Source: Octopus bimaculoides
Taxonomy: Eukaryota
Length of the DNA: 64,000 nucleotides
Assembly: GCF_001194135.2 (NCBI RefSeq)
Contig: NC_068982.1
Location: 99,783,269 to 99,847,268 of the forward strand
Reading direction: 5' to 3'
Each line of letters begins with the position of its first letter. The first letter of the stretch is position 1. Shown one piece after another: positions 1 through 13,915 of the stretch. Under the pieces are notes generated by a model that was not told the DNA's origin, made no database searches, and saw only the letters and a program-made list of their open reading frames with translations. A program made the translations under genes and the position numbers.

Positions 1-3000
1 TACAGGATCGGTAATATGTAAAGTAACTAGTTATAAAAAAAGAACTCATAACAAAAGAGAACTACTCACCTAATTTGTAGAATTATAGGAAACTGATAGT
101 GATGGTATTGTAGAGAGGGTTTAAGCAAACATTGAACTAGCAAACAATCATTTAATGTTTTACAATAAAATGAACTTTGAAATATCAGCTAAATACATTT
201 CCATATGCACCAATTCATAATTTCAAAAAAGCATGTGAATGACAATAACATTCAAAAATCTTTATAAACGAAATTAGAATATTAAATTTTAAAAAATACG
301 CATATATCCAATATAAATATATTTTGTAAGCAATAAAGGCAATTCATGGTAAAAAGGCATAAAAATGAAACTAACAGCAAAAACCTACACCAGGGTATAT
401 CTACAAGAGGCACTAGTTACATACAATACTCAAAAAGGTAGAAAATACTAGACTGATAAAAGCCATTTTGAAGGGAAGAATTTGTGCAAGGTAGTGTGTG
501 TTATGGATGTGCAAGGTATTCTGAGCAGAGAGGGCAGCATCTATAGCCTTTGCAGGCCATCCTAAACAGAATACTTTTTGTAAGATTATTGTGAGTGAGG
601 ATGAATTTGAATTGTAATAGCTGGAAGAAGTTACAAACAAGAAGGAAAAATCCAAAGAAATGTAGTAATGAGGGGAAGAACTGAGCTAAGTATCTCATAC
701 AGGATTTAAGAAGAGATTGTGCAGGTGTGAAAGGAAGAGGTGATTGTAATGAGTTGTTTTAAGGGAGATAATTGACAGAGTCAACAGATTCCTGTAGATC
801 AGAGACAAGGATAGAATACAGTGCCTAAGGGTGCCAGTATTGCATGATTGTGAATGATTTTATTTTACATATAGAAATTGGACCATTTGTTAATTACTAC
901 TGAGTTAGTTACTTGAATTCAGCTCAAAAAAAAAATATCCAGTTGATATATACATGATTTTTGTTTGATTTTTTTGAAAGCAACATGCAAGTTAAGAGTA
1001 ATTTTAACTGCAACATTAACAAGAATTACAAACACATTAAATATAGTCAGACTTAAATAAAATTACTACCAATAGCATCAATTATTCATTTAGTTTAAGT
1101 CACAATTAACTGAAACTATAGTCATAACTGTTTTCAAAATTTAAACACCTGGGTAATTAATCATAAACTCACCCATTCACATCAAAAAATGACATGAAAG
1201 TCTCTAATATGATCCCCAACAAGACAGAATCATGGTATATTTGGTTCATTGAATTACTTTCTGGTTATAGCTTTGTTCAAACATAGCTAACTGATGACAT
1301 CCAACATTAAACAGGAGGTAGAATATTGATGTATACTATTTTATATCACACCACAAGCTCATAGTGGATCTATCTTTTTCACAAAAAAGGAGTTTGTACC
1401 ACTAATCTGTCAGAAGTGTGCTTCAGAACATAAAAAGCTCTTAGCTTCTCTATAATCATACATTGTGGATTTCACTTGAACAAATTTAGTTATAACCTAT
1501 GTAATGTTCTCTACGTGTTATGAAACATGCAAGCATAATTTCATTCAACACATATCATTATATTTGGTCATGCCTTGGTAATAACATGAAATTTTCTCAG
1601 ACAGCAGTTCAAATGTTCTACATAAATTGGAGACAAGTAGTATTGCAGAAGATAGGTGATAAGGAAAAATCAATTGAGAAGTGGGCCACGTGAGATATAG
1701 CTCTCCATCAAGTGGGCTGCACTACTAAAAAAATTCAAGGTAATTTTTTTTTGTTAGGTGTGCTATTCAGAAAGTCCCACAGGCCACAGTTATTCTCATG
1801 ACTGGTCTATTCTCAAAGTTTAAAGTATCTATAGCCAGAATGAAACGTTCTTACAGCTAAAGAAAGCCAGCTGGTCAAAATAAAGAACTGCTTCATAATC
1901 TTCTAGCATTCTACGTAAATGTAATCAATCACTTCACTTGCTTATGGTGTGTGTGTGAGTGCACGTGTGTGTGTAATCACTGGCATAACAAGGAGATACT
2001 GTTGGCACCTTCACCTTAAGAATAAGTATAACAGGTCAGAAGAAATGATTCACACCTCTCCCAGGAGCAACTGACTTCCCTCCCTGGGCCATTGATAGTA
2101 TATTGACTGACTGAGCGGACAAATGACTGAGCAGACAAGTCCTTCTTTCTTTAAGGTGCACAAACAGTAATATTAGAATCTTTAGCAGAATCATATTAAG
2201 TTACATTATTTCAGATAGTCAACTGAAAGCAAGGATTTGAATTAGTTGTGGAAATTTCTATGATGACTAATATCAAAAGTATCTTCTTATTATAGGTACT
2301 AACAAAAGGACAATGTTTTTCTTTTAAATCTACCATGCACTTTCTAATATCATTTTACATATGTGGTATATCAGATGACATTAACACAAATTGTATCTTT
2401 GAGACTAATAAGTTTTCTATATGTACACTTCTTTCTACATGTACATCTACCTAGGTAACACTTCAGATTCACATCATTTGTAAATCTAACTTTCCAGCTT
2501 GTCATTTTCCCTTCTATGTCTTTTATTGTTTCAATTCAAGCCTTCACTTTTAGTGATTCACAACCCAAAATCCAAATACCAGCTTAAAATAAGATATCGT
2601 GATTGTGAGGATTTCAGAAATTAAAAAGATTTGAATATCCAATGAACCTAAGATAAACAAAAAAATAGTTTAAAAAGAGGATACTAGTTTAATAAAATAA
2701 CAAAGAGAAATGGGTACAAAGTGTTATCAGCAATTAAGGGAAAATTGAAAGTTGCAGCATTAGATACTATGAAGGACCTTCTATTGTTGACTTCTGTCTT
2801 GATGTCTTTTTTTAAGTAATAACAAAAAAATGGAAAGCTACAAAAACCTTCGAAGTACATGACTGATAGCATCATAGAAATAGAAATCTGGTGTCACAAC
2901 AAATCTAATTANNNNNNNNNNAAAAAAAAAAAAAAAAAATGAACTAAATGAAAAGATAAATTCAAGCTATGGATTTATATTACAGTTAATAATAAAATGG

Positions 3001-3473
3001 AAAAAAATAGAATTATAGATAAGAAGGTTTCCCAAAGTAACTTCAGAGAAGGAATGATAAAGTTTGATTCATTCTATGGCTTTTTGACATTTTAATATAG
3101 AAATAATGATTGATTGGTAATATGGTAATAGATGAATTTCAGTTAGTAAATGGGATGAAATAGAAGAATTATTGGCTGTAATTGCTACAGTAATAGAAAC
3201 AGAATAACCACAAAGTAAAGAAGTCTAGAGTTGCAATTCTGAAAATGATCTAACTAGTGCAGGGTACAAAATTTTATTGATATAGTAATTGCAAAACAAA
3301 AAGCTACAGTAATAATTAGTAAAAGAGAAATCTCTTTACTGTATAAAAATCTTCAAGACCCAGTATAGTATCAGATGTACCTCTTTATTTCAAGGTTCAA
3401 TGCAAAGAAAAGAAAAAGTTCAGTACAAATCCCAATAGATATACTGAGAGAAGAACAAAGATAGATTCAATTT

Positions 3474-3533
3474 GTTGATCTTCAATCAAATTACATCAGA
3501 TGTCGTTGATCTTCATTCAAATTACACCAGATG
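3474..3533 (+). repeat. Tandem duplication with 31-bp period
   Basis: GTTGATCTTCA(A/T)TCAAATTACA(T/C)CAGATG occurs twice. Confidence 0.9.
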
Positions 3534-5731
3534 ATAAACCAGCATGAATTAGTCTAGACAATAGCTGCATGAAGCAAGAATCAAGTCAGCTAAACTGATT
3601 TGTAGACAGGAATAAATCATGCCTACAATGATGTATTACTCATCTCTTATAAAGGAATTTTAGGTGATGAACAAGAGTTTTTTGGAAAACAAACCTGATT
3701 TCATTGATGAAACTGTGATAATGGAATAGTATAATGAGACTCATAATTAGGCTGGCCTAACATAAAAATAAATTGAAAGTTGGTGAAATCTAAATTTCAT
3801 GGGGTTATCAAAAGTTCCGTTTTTCTTTTACTTTTTCTGGGTTTTTTCCTGATGGATTAATGAAAGGAACTGGAAATTAAAGGAATGACAGATATAAAGG
3901 ACTAAATATCTATGGGAAGAGTAAACATTAGATAGAAACTACAGTAAGGGTGATATAAAGAATTCTTGATTAAATGCCATGATACTCAGATGTAGATGAG
4001 TGTTAATCAAAATGTAGGTGCTGAGCAGATAGATACCACCCACTTATTTATGTCAAATGAATCTTTTTCTTTCCTTTCTTAAATTTTTATAAACACAGGT
4101 AGGTACATAGTTTAATTAAATGTTTATTATAATCTCAATTTAAATCTCTTGTTAATCAAATTAATAGCTTTACAACAATTTGAAATAATGACGTAAACAT
4201 ATTCTCAACACATGTAGACACTAACATAACAGTTTGTTTCTTAAACAACACTTTTAAATTTACTAAATACTTTCAAAATTTTTAGATTTATAAATTACAA
4301 GATTTGAATATAATAAAAATATCAAAGCTTGTGTGTTGCAGCAACTATTTAAAAGAGTGTTGTATTAAGTTTTGAATAAATAAATAACTCAAGTCACTAA
4401 TTACCAAGTTTCAAAGTTGAATTTTAAAATTAGGGTTTTTAATATTTATTCAGATTTATTTACAAATTTAATCAATATACATGACTTAATGAAATTCAGT
4501 AAAATACTAAATGAAAATATATAGAAGATAATATATAAATCAATAACATTTAATTGAAAATAGATATTTTTAGTAAATCTTTAAGGAGTCTCAAACAATG
4601 AACTCATTAAAAGTTGTCATAAATGTTTCTATGAAGTTTAATGTTATTAATGAAGAGTTTACAGGATTGATAGCCTAATATTTAAATCAGTTTATACTAC
4701 ACTTCAAAAGAAAGGAATCTATAAATGTTAGTAACAGAATATAGGGTAGTAGAATTTATTTATCTTGCAACATTTATTTTAAAGTTATAATGTTTTATAG
4801 AATATAACAATAAATTATTAGCTAACATTATTTAAACAGATGTAAACATATTTTGCCTATTTTCAATCCTGCATTGGAATTTCATCAGTGACTGAATATC
4901 CTCCTTAACTGTCCACTTTTTACAAACCCACTATTACTAAGGGGATCTTAAATTAGACAGACTAATTTGCATATGTAACAGATTCTTGGTAGTTAGTTTA
5001 ATTAATAGATTACTAGTGTGTTAACAGTATTTTGTTTTGATGCCATACAGTACTACAGAATATATCTATAAATTGTAACCAACACTATGTGTGTAGATAG
5101 ATATAAAAACACTTTCTTTATACATAATATTTTCATGTACAGAAGTAAGCCCTTAGTGGGTTTATAAAGCAGTGATTCTGTCTGACAGTACTTAATTGCT
5201 GATCAAATCCCAAAACAAGATTGACTGGTCCCTCTTTTACTGTCCATGAAAATATTGTGTATAAATACAGTGTTTCCAACTATCAATACATATAACATCA
5301 GTTAAAAGTTTAAAGTTATATTCTATAGTCATGACAACTTGAAGAAGAAGATACTCTATATTATAGTATAGCATTGAAACAAAACACTGTCCAACACTAA
5401 TAAATTATCTTAAATTACAAATTGCACAAAGTATACTCCTAAATAGCTGGCTGTTCTAGGATAAAGTGTGCAAAGAGGAAGAGAATAAAACTGGCACAAA
5501 GTACAGGTGTTTGGTGTGTTGGTGCAGTATAAGTGGTTGTAATATTACAGGTGCATAACAATATTATCAAGGGTGGTTTGATAAAAGTGAAATTCTTTCA
5601 ACAAAGCATAGAAAGACACAAGTTGTTTTGACAGATTGAAAAAAAGAGGAGAGGTTTTATAGATACCAAACATTTAAAATTAGTTCTAGCTTTGGTATCA
5701 TACTTTTGCAAGATTTATTACAATCATATAT

Positions 5732-5916
5732 TTATTTCATAATTTTTCTATGAAAATATTCTATTGTAAACTTTCTGTAGAATATAATTTTCCAATGAGA
5801 GCTGTGTCTTTCATTTGAATGAAATGTAGAGTACAACTGAATGTTATATGGAACATCCTGTAGACATGGAATAGCAGAAATACTTCCAGATACGAATATA
5901 TCATCTTCTGAGTAAT
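5732..5916 (-). CDS. Candidate terminal (or near-terminal) exon; phase-1 reading DYSEDDIFVSGSISAIPCLQDVPY...KIMK*
   Basis: Acceptor tttactttcttagtgttaacgttttcttattag|ATT at 5916. It is followed on the minus strand by ~1.7 kb of very AT-rich sequence without recognisable SINEs and with several AATAAA, resembling a 3' UTR. Frame unresolved. Confidence 0.4.
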
Positions 5917-6812
5917 CTAATAAGAAAACGTTAACACTAAGAAAGTAAACAAATTGGCTGGAGTGGAATATCAAGTGACACTAAAACTACACAAAGTACT
6001 ATAAAGTGTTATAATTGTTTTGAGACAATATTCATTAAAGCCATCTTAAAATTAAGTTTTTCCCTTAGTAACTGTGTCAACAGAATGATTAAATTGATAC
6101 ACTGTTCAAAAGAAGTTTCATGGCATTCAGGTAATACAGTAAACTCCTTTAATCCTTGAAGCTTCTTTCACTAAGTCATTTTGATTTTCATAAGGGTCAG
6201 AGGAACTATTAGATATTGTGCTCTTATTAAAATTCTAAATTATAGTTCGAACAGAGGAGAAAAATAATTATTAATTTTTTTAATAAATAATTAACTTATC
6301 TTCTTGTATACTTGTATTTACATTTAGTTAATAACTCATCATCAAATGTCTTAATAGTAAAACCAATGGTACATGAATACTTAAGTATGAGCTAAATAAA
6401 GGGCAAGTGCTCTCATTTTTGTATAATAGAAACAAACAGTGGGTTATTAAGAAAATATTTGGCCAAAAATTCTATCCAATATGTTTAGTTGGCTGATAAA
6501 CAAACTATAAATCTTTATTTATGCTCCCTGGTGAATGAAACCATTAACTAACTATTACAGCTTCATTAATTATTAAATTTAACCTATTGAAATTATATGC
6601 TTAATGCAGATATCATCAGCCACACCCACTCAGCTCTGGACTTTAGTTTTTATTTATTTTACATAGCTACTTGATTTTAATTAATGAATAAGAATGAAAA
6701 TAAATATGTGTATATATGTGTGTATATTTGTAGAGTGTGCATGGAAGGAGAACAACAGCACAATAACAACAATGGCAATGGATGACAACAAATATACAGC
6801 AACACCACTATT

Positions 6813-6843
<31 letters not shown>

Positions 6844-6889
6844 ATAGTAGTAGCAGACCGAGAGATCAAATACTGACCTGTTTGCTCAC

Positions 6890-6943
6890 CCCAGATAAAC
6901 GGTGCACAGGCAAGCACATCCCGGCAAATGGTTGCATAAGACA
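6890..6943 (-). CDS. Candidate small exon (54 nt; 66 nt with alternative donor at 6878); frame 0 reads CLMQPFAGMCLPVHRLSG
   Basis: Acceptor aatattttcttag|TG at 6943 and donors GG|gtgagc (6890) and CAG|gtcagt (6878). GC/CpG-rich pocket. All three frames are open over the 54 nt, so the frame is uncertain. Confidence 0.6.
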
Positions 6944-6989
6944 CTAAGAAAATATTTTTTCATTAGACTTCAATTAACTTAATGAAATT

Positions 6990-7027
<38 letters not shown>

Positions 7028-7304
7028 CATTTCTATTGATTTTTGCGGATATCATTTAAAAAATTCAAATACATAATAAGACAGGTTGAGATAGAAGAGA
7101 AAATTAAATTAACTTGACACCGATATTGCTCCACAGTAAATCATTATATTCAAAGATCATATGTGTACACAAACATAATTTATTACAGTGGTATTAATAA
7201 ATATAGGAAAGACTGACACAATAGAAAGACATAGAAAAAGTGTGTGTGTGTGAGTGTATATGTATATATATGTATATANNNNNNNNNNNNNNNNNNNNNN
7301 NNNN

Positions 7305-7339
<35 letters not shown>

Positions 7340-7719
7340 AGATATAGATATATATAGGTAATAATAAGGTTAGAAGAAATGAAGGAGTTCTTCTTGAGTT
7401 TATTTATTATACAGAAACAAAAAGTTGTCAAATTTCCAAGGAAATGTAATGGAATAAAATAAAATAGAATAAAGTAGAATATTTGCATTATTGCATTTGA
7501 GAATTTTTCTTCTAATACTTCAGAATGTTTGTGCTTCACTAAATATTCTGTGTTTATTCTAGTTTATTTCATACCATTTCATTGAAAATCTGAAGACATT
7601 CTGTACCAGTACATAAATAAACTAAGGAACAAATCCTTCATTTCTTCTAACCTTTTTATTATTCCAAACATATTATTCTGTGTGCTACCAAAAACGTTTT
7701 ATTCATACACACACACATA

Positions 7720-7779
7720 TAGACGACATATATACACATATACATATATATATATGCATATATATATACACATATACAT

Positions 7780-7824
<45 letters not shown>

Positions 7825-8110
7825 TACATATATATATACATACATTATGCATGTATACATACACCTATATACACACAGATATATGTATATATATATGTGT
7901 ATGTATATATATATATAATTATAAATATACAGGGATTAGCAATTGAGTTGCTTCTCCAACATACTGAAAATTTAGAAATAGCAGTCAAAGAACTACTGAT
8001 TCCAAACTACAAATTTTATTCTTGTATATATATATATATATATATATATACATACACAGATAGATAGATATACACACATATATGTATATAAACACATACA
8101 CGCACATATA
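7720..8110. repeat. AT/AC dinucleotide low-complexity region
   Basis: Direct reading of the sequence. Confidence 0.95.
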
Positions 8111-9555
8111 AGTATGTTGATTTTCTTCAAAATGGGAAAAAAATTATCATTTAGAAGCAAAGTAAAGTTTCAATGAAAACATAGTTCTCCATTGCATTGA
8201 CGATACAAGGCCACTAACTTGTAGGAAAGAGGTATGCTACAAGACAGATAAACCTGTTGGGATGAAGGGCAAAATCAATCCCAATGAGATATCTGAAACC
8301 TGAAAGTAGGAAGGACAAAACCTACTGCTCCTTGGCATTTGATCAAGTAATTTACCTTTTCTTTTAGCTCACTGCATTCAAGATAAATAACTAGGATAAA
8401 AATGAGAAGTTTTAGAAAATTAAGAATAGAAAGAATATTAGTAAGGCAAAGAGAAAACTTTGAGATGTTTCACTAATGACTTTTTTGAAATCATAGCCTT
8501 TTTTTTTTTTCCACCTTTTTTTTTTTTTTTAATATTGAAGAGAATGTAGATTTAATGAGAATGCTGAAGTACTGATATCATATACAAGATAGTCCATGGG
8601 GCTTAACAATGAATTTTAAAGAAAGCTATTCTAGGAAACAAAATCCATTATGTAAATATATCAACAAATTTAGTAAAGATAAGATTAAAATTTGATCAGG
8701 AATTTGGGAAGAAAAATTGTCAAAGGCTACAGATTGCAAGATAGTAAACAGTGTCATATAAATAGAACACACCAGCAAACATGCCTCAGAAAATTGCTGT
8801 TTATCAACGACATTGTATCTGTTACAGGAGGGATGAATAGAAAAATCTCCTAAATGTCAAGCTTCAAGAATGAAATGCCCTTGAAATTGGAAACAATCTA
8901 GGATGTAAAGAACAGAGAAGAAGGAGAGAGAGGAGGTGGAAGAGATAAAGAAAAAGAGGAGAAATGTGAATGGCAAACTTGGAAAAAATACCCAGAGTAA
9001 AAACTGAGGCTGAAGATTCTAATTTCTCAGTAGAAAAATAAAAGAGAGAAAACAAACTTCAAACAGCATGAAGAGTTGCTAATTAATTATGCTCATTGTA
9101 AAAATTCTTTGAAATTATTTGTAGTAATTGTTGTGCAGCTGCATAGGAAATGCATCACATAGCAGCAAAATCAAAAATTTCTTTTCCCCTTTCCACCACC
9201 CCACACCCTTATAAAAAGGAAAAAAGAANNNNNNNNNNAAAAAGGAAAAAAGAAAAAAAAAAACAGATTTTTACATTTAATTTCTTTAAAAAATATAATT
9301 GGCTAATTTGGGAGCTTTAGAAAAAATATAAATAAAAGTATCTTTAAACGAAAGCAAATATTTTTCCATGATTGAGACTTACAAACATAAGCATCCCACC
9401 TGTACCCACCCTGTATATTTTTGGTAGAGTATCTAGGTAAATCGTCTAATGTGAGGTCTTCCCTTTTTTAAGACAGTGAAGTGTGATCTGAGGGAGATCT
9501 GACTGCTATTTCTACCAAGGTTGAATAATCAGATAAGGGCTTCCTCACTGGCTTG

Positions 9556-9755
9556 CATCCATCCATCATCTTCTCTACCCTCTATGCACGGAGAGGGTCA
9601 TGGGAGTAGAGTGCTCAGGTCCCTCTTCAATAGGGTCCTATCAGAAACAACCATCATTACACTTCCCAGCTGGATTCTCAAGCATGACCAATAGAGACTA
9701 TGGATATTATCCAACCATCTCATTCCTAGTTTACCTCCTAGGTCTCCTCCCAGTT
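9556..9755 (-). mobile_element. 3' end of an RTE-clade LINE (Rex3/Expander-like), 5'-truncated
   Basis: Minus translation GRRPR/GKLGMRWLDNIHSL...SDRTLLKRDLSTLLP* (one frameshift), followed by a GATGATGGATGGATG tail. Confidence 0.65.
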
Positions 9756-10856
9756 ATATTAATGTGATGTGAAATTATTGGAAAGAAAATTAATTTTCAA
9801 TAACTAGTTGGTAAACTCTCAATGTTTCTGCCATATTAAGTTATAAATGGAGAGGAACACGCAAATAATTTCACTGTAACATGTGTGGATGATGTGAGGA
9901 ACTTGTGAAAGGAGAGAAATAATTGGACAACTAATGTTTGTTGATAGTCTATTTCTCAAACTAACAATATATAGTGAGTGTGTTGTAGCCAGTTTTACTT
10001 AATAGATAAAGTAGGAAAATCAATTAATAGTAAGGAAAAATAGAAAGAATATATGAACAAAGAGATCTCTGAAGCTAGAGAAAAAGTTTGTTAAAAAGAA
10101 CAAATGAGCTTTTTAATATCAAACTCAATTTTACTGGATTAAAGAAAATATATGGCAAACAATGTAAAAATAATTGAATGGATTTGAAATTGTATTTTTA
10201 AGCTGAACTAATGAGAGAAAATTCAGGAAAATGGTATCCACTATTGTTTTCATATATAATAAAATCAAGAAGGCTAACAAATTCCCCATTTTTAAACCTG
10301 TTATTAGTTTCATTGCTGAACCTATCTCAAAAGTCTATAAACCTTTAGAGAAATAACATTTATAGAGTACTTTTTAATTAATTCTTCCTATACAAACTCT
10401 TTCTACACTAAGATTTTCCTATAAAACAGCAACATTCAATATTTTTAAACTTATACCAATCCAGTTATTCTTTCAAATGTATATCACACCAACTACTAAT
10501 TTCATTTTTTTTTTTTAATAATATTCCATTCATAGTAATTGATTATAACTAGTTCTGACTTATTTTCATCTGAAACAGTCTTATTTCTGGTACAAATATT
10601 TCATGCTTTGTGCTCTCAGAACTCATTAATATAAAAAGTTCTTTGAAGTTTATATAGTCTGAACAGAATTCAAATTAAAGGAAAACCTGAAAGACAGAAA
10701 CAATGGCAATATTAGTTCAAAGTTATTGTACTGATATACACATGCAGACACACTTAAATGGCAATACAAAATTGAGAGAAAGAAGTAAAAAAAAAAAAAA
10801 CATTTTAAAAATAAATAAAAAGTTACAAAATGAAGCAGTGTTGTAGACTAACATAC

Positions 10857-10934
10857 CGATTGTAACCTGCGCAAACTACTGGAGGTTGATTGTGAGGAGT
10901 AGGAACCGGTAGGACTGGGGCTGCGGTAGCTTGA
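10857..10934 (-). CDS. Small internal coding exon (78 nt, phase 0-0): SSYRSPSPTGSYSSQSTSSSLRRLQS
   Basis: Acceptor tgtgtttttacag|TCA and donor TCG|gtatgt. It is a CpG-containing GC-rich pocket in AT-rich sequence and continues the frame from the 26.4 kb exon. Confidence 0.8.
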
Positions 10935-12512
10935 CTGTAAAAACACAAACAGGCAACAAAAAAACATAAAAAAGCATGCATTAAAAAATATGGTGTAAAA
11001 GTGTACGAAAGAGTAATGGCCCACCAAAGTGCTTGGTTCCTTGTTTGATAGTGATTTGCTCATAGCTGTGTGGATAAAGTGCAGACACTGAAAGTCAGCA
11101 AGTCTTTAACATTTAACACTGAACAGATGAAATACTGTGTTTTGTAATCTTGTTTTAAATATCTAATTAGGAGTGCTTGACCAAAATTAAATATGTAGCA
11201 ACTAAAATGTAAGCTTTTGAGAAGGACTTATATGGAAAATATTGTACACGTGTAGTTGTGACCACCATTCAAAATGGTGTTAGAGAAGAAGGTAGAACAT
11301 TGTTCTTAATCATATCTTAAGGATATAAAATTCTTCTAATCTTCTCAGCAAATATTTTATTGAGAAGGTGCTATAAAAAGGAGTAGAGAATGTTGTCATA
11401 GAATTGCTGTTCTCTTTGAAGATATTGTCCAAAGAAGAATCTGAAAATGTGATAGAAAAGTTTAAAATCTATTTTCTTTTTTCTCTCAAGAAATATGAGA
11501 ATACAACTTATGTTTCTTGTAGAATCTTCTAATACAATAGTGTACAAATGTCTGATAAGGAACTGTTTATATTTTATAACTGTATTTTCACTAAATGATG
11601 ATTCTACCTCATGTTTTTGGTGGAATTTGTCAATATTTAGCAGAGTTCAAGCTGATAGCTAGTCCTTCTAACATTTTCTGAATAAATTGTTTGAGTATCA
11701 AACTAGACTGAATAACTGAATTGCAATTAGGCAGCTTCCAGTTTGGTGATTAAATCCTTACAAGGTTAGACTTCTGTCATCTTTCAAGGAGATTATAAAA
11801 TAAGTATCAGTAATATAGCAGGGAGAAGTAGACATCCTAATTATGCCTAGTAAAAGCAAAAACTAAGGAATGTTCATATGTTATGAGGAAAGTTCCCTCA
11901 CAAATCTTATTCTTTTTGCTTATTTAACTCCAGCCAAGTCAGATAAACATTATTCTTCGAGAAATCTAATATTTACAGTTACAGCTGCATCTAATAAACT
12001 ATGTTTGCAGGATCACTTGAGTATTAAATGAACAGGTTCCATGTTCATTTGTTCTCTGATAACCAGAACAAGAAGACAGAAAGACCACCCAAAACATGAA
12101 TAGCAGAAAGGAACATATCGTGACTCAGAAAATACATTAAACATGTGTTTTCAGAGCAATACTGCAAGATGTCTAGAAATTTACTTATTATTTTAAAGAA
12201 GTGAGAACTTACACTACTGAAGATGTGAAGTATAGATGATTCATTCAACCCCAATATACTGCTTCTTATAGTTTCACAAAAGGTTTTCTATGCTAATATG
12301 ATTAAAGCAGTTTTAGGTGGTTGTGTGAAGAGGCTTGGTGCCTCTTGACCATCAAGTAGGTGTGCAACTTGATATTTTGATGAGATGCTCTCTAATGCAG
12401 CAATCCAAGAATCATAGTTTCTTCTTCCCTTTTTACTGTCCTTCATCTGACCTGCAAACCCTGTGTGGTCTTAGCAGGGCTATCCTATCTCTTTTGACAA
12501 AACTGTTTATAG

Positions 12513-13050
12513 TTTAAACAAAAATGAGCTAAGAGAAATAACTCAAAGTAACCTGTAGCATGTATATGAACAACACAAATACAGGTGTACTAAATACCAT
12601 ACAATACAAATTCTTGATTTATAAAAGCTATCACCACCTCTAGGTGATGTGTCACAATTATCAAATGGCAACTGACAGCTCCATGTGAGAAAGAAGGACA
12701 ATCTCAGGAATCAAGAATTCTCCAAAGTTAGTATACCATTAAGGTAAAAGAAGGCTTATTGTCTGGAGATATGAAGGCAACAGGGGACATGTTTCTATTG
12801 CAAAAGGTGTTATCAACATGACATTTGTCCTCATTTATCTCTAGCAGCCAAGGGACTTATACAAAAAGGATTAGAATACATTTATGGCCTATGTAATTTG
12901 CATAATTTAAACAAAAATGAGCTAAGAGAAATAACTGAGAGTGACCAGTGTCATGTATATGAATAACATAGACAAATACAGGTATATCAAATACCATACA
13001 ATATAACTTCTTGATTTATTAAAGCTACCTCTGCCTCTAGGGGGATGTGT
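12513..13050 (+). repeat. Diverged direct repeat of ~140 bp (12513-12652 and 12906-13050)
   Basis: Both copies start TTTAAACAAAAATGAGCTAAGAGAAATAACT and end CTCTAGG..GATGTGT; sequence outside the copies is unrelated. Confidence 0.9.
12690..12800 (+). mobile_element. Highly decayed CR1/L2-like LINE remnant
   Basis: CTGGAGATATGAAGGCAACAGGGGACATG reads LEI*RQQGDM, like the LE-RR-RGD(L/M) motif near CR1 ORF2 ends. Confidence 0.35.
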
Positions 13051-13557
13051 GATTACTGGTTCTTTTCATATTAATCTTCAATAAGATGAAGAAGAAAATT
13101 AGCTCTGCAGGATTTAAGCTCTGTTATGATAAAGTGGAAGTATATCCATCATCATCATCAACACCACCTTCCTAGTCTGCTAGTTTCTTCTAAATAAATA
13201 TTATTTGACAAAATAACCAACTTAGCAAAATCAAAGTACTTTCAGTAGCCATGGTGGAAACAAAACAAAAAAAAAAAGTGCAGTGAAAATAAACCAAGGA
13301 TATAAATCAAATACACAACACCAAGAACAACAATTAAAGATTGGCAACAAATAAACACAATTAAAGATTGCAACAATAATAACATTAAACAGGTAATCAA
13401 AATTATCAAATTAGATGGATTTAATGTTAATTCAAGAAATTAACTTCAAGGACAGGAAGGCAAAATGGGAAGGAAGTTAGCGAAGTGTGGTGATATATAA
13501 CAGATTTTATACAGTAAATATATTTACATAGAAGATATATATCCAGAATCTTACCTC

Positions 13558-13559
<2 letters not shown>

Positions 13560-13608
<49 letters not shown>

Positions 13609-13768
13609 TCTTTTACAAACACTGTATGCACACAGAGGCTTATAAAATGTATGTACACCGGATCTCTCATGCAAATGTACAGAAATGTATACAAACACAT
13701 AAAAACGTTTACTTCTGAACCCAGCTGTCTCAATCACACACAAATATAACTGGAACATCTGTAACCTT

Positions 13769-13801
<33 letters not shown>

Positions 13802-13802
13802 A

Positions 13803-13833
<31 letters not shown>

Positions 13834-13852
13834 TGCGTGTGTGTGTGTGTGT

Positions 13853-13887
<35 letters not shown>

Positions 13888-13915
13888 CACGCGCATGCAC
13901 ACACACTTGTGTGTC
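13560..13915. repeat. Compound microsatellite block: (CT)n, (CT)n, (TG)n, (CA)n
   Basis: Direct reading of the sequence; the source of several spurious ORFs. Confidence 0.95.

Noticed and set aside
70-136. Minus-strand exon-like segment with a GTGAGT donor near the window start
   Set aside because: Weak acceptor and no context to test the phase.
2940-3760. Possible ancient CR1 RT remnant (DRNKSCLQ resembling GRSCLTN)
   Set aside because: A single weak motif with no continuous frame.
8254-8299. 46-nt phase 0-1 exon candidate that would put the 6.9 and 5.9 kb exons in the DYSEDD frame
   Set aside because: Good acceptor but weak donor (gtttat); cannot be supported without reads.
5890-10934. 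Resemblance of RSPSP...DYSEDD to PCYT1 C-termini, or of the Ser-rich exon to MAST kinases
   Set aside because: Low-complexity similarity only and the frames are not established, so no gene symbol is assigned.
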